Positions 57,801-64,000 of a stretch of 64,000 nt of DNA are shown piece by piece. The stretch lies in NCBI RefSeq assembly GCF_048593235.1, contig NC_133620.1, positions 373,765,261 to 373,829,260 on the forward strand. Direction: 5' to 3'. How positions within the stretch are numbered: position 1 is the stretch's first letter; each line of letters begins with the position of its first letter. The notes under the pieces are model-generated. The model was given only the letters and a program-made list of their open reading frames with translations, did no database searches and was not told where the DNA came from. This DNA is from Sminthopsis crassicaudata. Its lineage: Eukaryota. The translations under genes and the position numbers were made by a program.

Positions 57801-60800
57801 TTAACTTGACTCTAATATAGTGATGTCATTTCCTCTTTGAGGATGAATGACAATCAGATTACATATTACAATGACAACATTTTAGTCTAATTAGAATCAA
57901 AACCCTTATCTAGCTTTTAATATTAACAATTAAACAATTTCCCCTCTTAAATATTTTTACATAATTCTTGTGGCAGAGGCCTGATCAGCTCAAAAAGGAC
58001 ACCTAGATACTTACTTATTAGGGTAATTATCAGACTAGGAGAAGGAGCCTTTTTCAACAATTTAATTTAAATTAAAATTTTAATTTAAAAAAAATCTTTC
58101 TAGGGTTGACCTTTAATTAGATTGAAAGAAAAATCTTCAGAGTGGTTAAAAAAACGTAAAATAGTTTTAGGAAAAAAAAACTCTTCAGACTCTGCCAAAA
58201 AATGTGATTTGTTCTATCCAAAGAATCAAAATAATAATAAAGAATCAAATAATCACCTGAATCTTCTAAGTATATTTTATCTTATTGTGGAATTTTCCCT
58301 TTTGTTTTGGGCACTTTGATCGCAGAAATTTTTAAAGGCAGGATGAAGCTATTCCTTTTAAATTTTTGTTAGGAAAGATGTTTAGAATAATTTAATCTAT
58401 TTTTGGTAGATTTGTATAAAAAAAATTTTTAGGAATTTGAATAAAGAATCTTTTAAAAAGAACCAGATATAAATGTTTTCTAAAGTGGGGATTAGGGAAT
58501 GATTTTAAAGTAATTCTTAAAACTTTTGTGTATTTTGGTCACATCTGGAAGTCTGGTATCTTATTATATAATCAAACAAATAATAACCAAAGTAGCAAAA
58601 TATATTTTTAAGAATTTCAGGAATCCCAGGTTGTGAGGATATAAAATAGATAGGACTCCACACTTCTGGACAATGGATAGTGAATAAGATGTCCTGATCT
58701 TTATGTTCTTAAAAAAAAAAAAACCCAAAAACTTTAAAAATATATATATATATTCTTTATATTTTATTCAGTTAATAGGGATCTAATGTATCTCTCTATT
58801 CTTCCCAAAGCCCACTAGAAAATCACAAAAACAAAATCCTTCTGATAAATATATTTAAGGATATACATACACACACAGTTAGGCAAAATAAACTATACAG
58901 CACTGATCACGTGCAAAATGAAATATTTCATTTTGCATCTTAAGACCACTATCTCTTTGTCAAGAAGTATAGCATGGCTTCATCTTTATTCCAGTTCTTA
59001 ATATTCTAAAGACTTATATAAATTTTTCTTTTGAGTTTTACTTATCAAACTCTACATCAGTTGATAGCAGTTTTCCCAGATATGTCTAAAGCTCATTTCT
59101 TTTCAATTACATACCATAATAGGCTCAGCCATTTTCTAATTGATAGTTAATCCCAAATTTCTATTTCTTTGCTACACATTTAGATCCATTTGATTAATCC
59201 TTCGTATATTTTGTTTGCCCATAATTATTTGTATGTTGTCTCCTTCATTGCAGTATGAGTTTCTTGACGTCAAGCAGTGTTTTTGCCTTTCTTTTTATCT
59301 ACAGTCCTTGGCACAATTCTTGGTAGCATGTACTTTAATAATAAGAGTTTTTTATTTTCAAAATACATGCAAAGATAGTTTTCAACATTTACCCTTGCAA
59401 AATCTTGTGTTTCAAATTTTTCTCCCTTCTTTCCTCCCACATCAGTCTCCCAGACAGCAAGTAATCCAATATATGTTAAACATGTGTAATTCTTCCATAC
59501 AGATTTCCACAACAGTAGGTACTTAAATAAATACCTGTTTTTTCTTTGAACTATGGTCTAATAAAGATTTTGCTGGGTCAAAAAGAACACACAGTTTAGT
59601 GACTTTGGGGACAGAGTTTCAGATTGCTCTCTAGAAGGGTTAGACCAATTCTGAGTTCCACCAACAGCACTTTGATGTGCCTATTCTATGTGATCAGGAA
59701 AAAAGGAAGTTATGTTTGAAATTATTAGCTCATTGAGTTTTAGATTATCATAGGAAGGTTTACATGAAATAATAGTGTGAATTGAGCCAAGCCACAAGTT
59801 TATTGAGTTGATTTGAGTATTACAAATATTCAAATGAATGACAAAGGATCTATGAAGAGGAGGAAGATGTGGAGGATATATATACATAGATATGTATATA
59901 TAGATAGATAATGGCTATATATAGATATTTTTTCACCCCAAAATTGAGTTAAACATCTGATTTCTTCTGTTAATTGGGATATTTTATGTTTTCATTCATT
60001 TCACTTTTCAATTCTGTTGACATAATAGTTCAGCAAAATAGTGCTAAAACATTTTCCCATCATCTTATTTCTCTTTTTCCATTTTTGATACTAGTACTTT
60101 GATTTTCTTTTGAAATACCAAATTAGCTAACAGACTTTTTTTTTAAAAAGCAGTTTTTAGTTTTATTAGGTTTTTTTTTTTTGCTTTTAACTTGTTAACC
60201 TCTTCTTTATTTTCAGAATTTTTATTTTGATGTTTAATCAGGTTTTTAAAAATTATTTAACAGAAGGTTTTGCAAGGGTCAATGCTGAAAAATTACCCAC
60301 GCATGTTTTGTAAATAAAAAGTTATAATAAAAAATTATTTAATTTTTTTCATTTTTTGTTACTTTGAAAGCCTAATTTAGTGATTGTTAAATCCCTGATT
60401 AGAATCGCCATATCATGAAAAAGCCATATCATGTGGCTCACTCTCCATTTCCAGTTCATATTTTAGTCTGTTCTACCACCTCTTTCTACCTACCTCTAGA
60501 ATGACTGCCTGTCTCATTGGACATAATCTTGGATCTCAATGTCATAAAGCTCTCCTTTATGTTTTGTCTCTCCTTATTAGGGTCTGATTTCACTGAGAGT
60601 AAGGATCGTAATCCGCCCCGTCTTTTTTTATATCCCTTGGTGAGCACAATAATATATAATTTAATGACATATAATAAATGTTCTATCTACCTAGTATGCA
60701 CAATTCATTGTTTCATCCCTTTAAATTTCTTTCTAAAGATTGCTTTGGATGAATCCTAAAAAGTTTGTTATGTTGTCACACTCTTGTATTCCCCCCCACC

Positions 60801-60807
60801 CCCCAAA

Positions 60808-60936
60808 GCTGAGGTTAAGTGACTTGTCCAAGGTCACACATCTAGGAAGTGTTAAGTGTCTGAGACCTGATTTGAACTCAGGTCCTCCTGAATTCAAGGC
60901 TGGTGCTCTATCCACTGTGCCACCTAGCTGTTCCCC
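60808..60936 (-). mobile_element. WSINE1-like SINE with G-rich rather than A-rich tail
   Basis: gctgaggttaagtgacttg...tttgaactcagg...ccacctagctg; C-run at 60791-60804. Confidence 0.9.
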
Positions 60937-61429
60937 TGTAATTTTTTTTTTTAAACAAAATTTTAGTTTCTAGAATTTATTCTTTGTCCTACTAGTTCTT
61001 TAAGATTATTACTAATTCACCAATTAATTTTAATCCTTTCACCATCTTTAAGATAATTTTTATTGCATTATTATCACTAAAGGAAGTGTTTAATTTTTTT
61101 TTTAAACTTTTTTTTGGGTGTTTTTTAATGTAAATTTTTATAAATGGGATGAAAAATCTATCATCTTATTTCTACTCCCATTAATAACCAAACATCTTTC
61201 ATATCAAACATTTTAAAATTCTATTTGGTGCCTTAAGTTATTTACTTTATGTTTTCAAGGTCTAAATTATAACAGTTAGGGGAAGGACCTCAATCTATCT
61301 CTATCTATTTCTCCCTGTAACTCATTTATCTTTTCTGCCAGTAATTAGATATTATGCAATTTGATGTATATATATATTCAATATTAGTAAAAATGCAGTG
61401 CACATGATCAGCTTTCCAGATTATCCCTT

Positions 61430-61865
61430 TTAAGACTTTAGATTTACTTGTACACAGCAACAAGAAGATTATGTGATGATCAACTGTGATAGACTGAACT
61501 CTTTTGAACAATGAGGTGGATCAGGCCAATTTCAATGTGATGGAGAGAGCCATCTGCATCTAGAGAGAGACTGTGGGAACTGAATGTGGATCACAACATA
61601 GTATTTTCATCTCTTTTGTTGTTGTTTGCTTACTTTTCTCCCCTCTCATCTTCCCCCACTTTTTTGTCTGATTTTTCTTATGCAGCATGATAATGTGGTA
61701 ATATATTTAGAAAAATTGCACATGCTTAACTTATATTGAATTACTTATTATCTAGAGGAGAGGGGAAGGGGGGAAGAAAAATATGGAACACAAGGTTTTG
61801 CAACGGTGAATGTTGAAAACTATCTTTACATATATTTTGAAAAATAAAAATCTATTATAAAAAGA
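61430..61865 (+). mobile_element. LINE-1 3'UTR
   Basis: Same family as 319-890. Confidence 0.8.
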
Positions 61866-62000
61866 ACGTTAATTTTACAATAGCCTTGTCTGAGTTGCTT
61901 TATTCCTTGATAGAATTTCTGAGTTTAGCAAAAGCAGAATAGTTTTTGACTCAGTTACTATTCCAAACTTTGTATTTCAAAGTGTTCTGCATAAATATAT

Positions 62001-62441
62001 TGTATGGTGTTATGTATGGTGTATTGAAACAAGGATTCTTATAAGGTGCTAACTCAGTGGAATTGATAAAGACAATGATTATCTAGTTTAGCATGGTGAT
62101 TAATAGTTCTAGTTCAGTACATGTACTTAGTACTTAATATAGATTGACATCTATTCTGACATCACAAGACTGACACCTATTCTACAAGATTCTGGACAAA
62201 CAGCCAGATTTATTCCATCTTTATCAGCCTCGTGGTGGCTGGCCAGTCCTCCTGCATCCTGCACTGAGACCAAGGCCAGTCTGAAAGGCTCTCAAGAAAG
62301 CTATCTAGGCCCTAAGCAAGGAAATTAAATTGAGAAGGAGATAATAAAGGATTTGGACTTTAACACCTGGCTACTCATGTGGTGATTCCTGAACTGAAAT
62401 GAAGGCTGCTCCAAGACCTCCTGAAAACCAACCAAGAATAT
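62001..62441 (+). mobile_element. Probable solo LTR, degenerate
   Basis: Starts TGTA and has gataataaaggatttggact (AATAAA) and aaccaaccaagaa near the end. Terminal CA and TSD are not clear. Confidence 0.5.
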
Positions 62442-64000
62442 GTTGGATTCTATTTCCTAGTGCATTCTGTTATCTTCTTCTAATATAAGGCTGAGCCCTT
62501 CTCATTAGTATTCAGGTTTTTTCCCCCCGTCAACAGAGTTTATTTTTAAAAGAGAAGCTGGATTTTGTCAATCAAAAGGATAGAATACAGAACAGAAAAT
62601 AATATATATTTATAAGCTGTTTTGCAAACAGTTTTATAAACATAAAAAACCAATGCAGAGATGCCCTGTAGAACAAAAACATAATAAAGGCCTAAAGATT
62701 AAGGTGTTCCCTTGGCAAAGCTGGAAGTTTTCAGTGTTCAATACTAGGAATTTAGAATAATTCATGCCCTAATCAGACCTGAATAGAAGAATAGCAATTT
62801 GGCTTAGGTAGAAATTGATGAAGCACTTAAGTTTCTTAAATCATACAGCCACCAAAGTTCTTTTCCATAACACAGTGCCAGGTATTATTATTTGTACTTC
62901 TTTTCAAATTTCTTTTAATATAGGTTATGTACTTCTGTCAGTTATTATTTTTCTAGGGCTTGCATAGCATATTCCTCAGTCCTGCTATACCTCCTCTGAT
63001 ATAACTACATTTTTTATTAGGTCCTTCTAGTCACAGCAAGTTATGAGTACTGGCAGTTTTGGGAAAGTACTGATAGGCATATGTAGAGGAGGTATAACTC
63101 AAGCACTCCAAAACTAGGCAGATGCTTATGCATGTATACACACAGCTATGATAATTATTTTATTTTGTTCCAACTTATTTTTTGTACTCTTTTCTCTTTG
63201 TCTTTCAAATCCTTCGTGAGAATGTGCTTAGCAACAACCAAATCTCTACACTTAATGCAGTCTGCTTTAGCTTTTCTTTTTATATTCCTAAAACTTATCA
63301 CAACTTTTGGCATACAGTAGTAGGTGGTTAAAAATCCTTATTGATTTTTCACTGTAATCATTTAATATAGTATTTTTTTTGACTCTTCCTACTTTCCCTT
63401 TATTTTTTCCTTTTAAAATCATCCAAATAAAACAAAACTATTTATAGGGACCTTATTTAATTTCCTGTGGTCCCTGATGGCATTAGGATTCTGACACATT
63501 TCTCTTCTGCCTATTAGAACGTAAATACACTATTCTTGTATAACTCCTTCCAAATGCTCAAATGTATTTGATGTCTATGTTTTTCTTGACTCTTGTGTTT
63601 TTATTTCAAGATTTTTACTTCTGTCTTTTAATCAGTAATACTTAGAAGTCTTGTATTTCATTGAAGGTTCATTCTCCAGCTGTAGGATTACACCCAATTT
63701 TTAAAAGTTGCTACTGGTTGTAAGTTTATACCTTCTATCTTTTGAATATCTTCTTCTAAGCTCTGTTTCTTTAATATAGTAATTTCAAATCTTGTGTGAT
63801 TCTTGAACTCTTCCCCCTACCTTTTTTCCCAAGCCAGTTGCTGTATCATTTTTCTTTGACCTAGAAGCTCTGAATTTTTGCTCTGAAGTTTCTGTAATTT
63901 TCATTTTAGCATTCCTTTTCAGAGGGTGAATTCTTTATAATTTCACTTTATATTTTGGTCTTGATAGGTCTAAGCAGTCTCCATTTGTGATTTTTTGAAA

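Noticed and set aside
57960-58560. Very AT-rich stretch considered as a NUMT or foreign insert
   Set aside because: No tRNA, rRNA or mitochondrial ORF pattern; looks like low-complexity or low-quality intron sequence

Overview
Marsupial genomic DNA, most likely a dasyurid. This is inferred from WSINE1-like and MAR1-like SINEs and marsupial L1 3' ends. The right half holds the 3' part of ASH1L on the minus strand: 16 coding exons between 51841 and 29473, all with GT-AG introns and in frame, giving about 734 aa. They cover the end of the SET domain, post-SET, bromodomain, PHD, BAH and the C-terminus. A ~2.2 kb 3'UTR with assembly gaps follows. The upstream SET exons lie beyond 64000. The left 27 kb has no protein-coding exon I can recognise; eutherian RUSC1 and FDPS would be expected here. 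It is mostly L1, L2, CR1, RTE, SINE and DNA-transposon remnants. It also contains an unassigned CpG-island promoter at ~12.6-13.5 kb with ZNF143, CCAAT and GC-box motifs and splice donors pointing both ways. Other items there are an intact solo LTR with a 6-bp TSD, a 7SL-derived fragment and several templated-insertion scars. I cannot demonstrate a new biological system. The best lead is the orphan bidirectional promoter together with the LTR and the unique-sequence islands that may be its exons.
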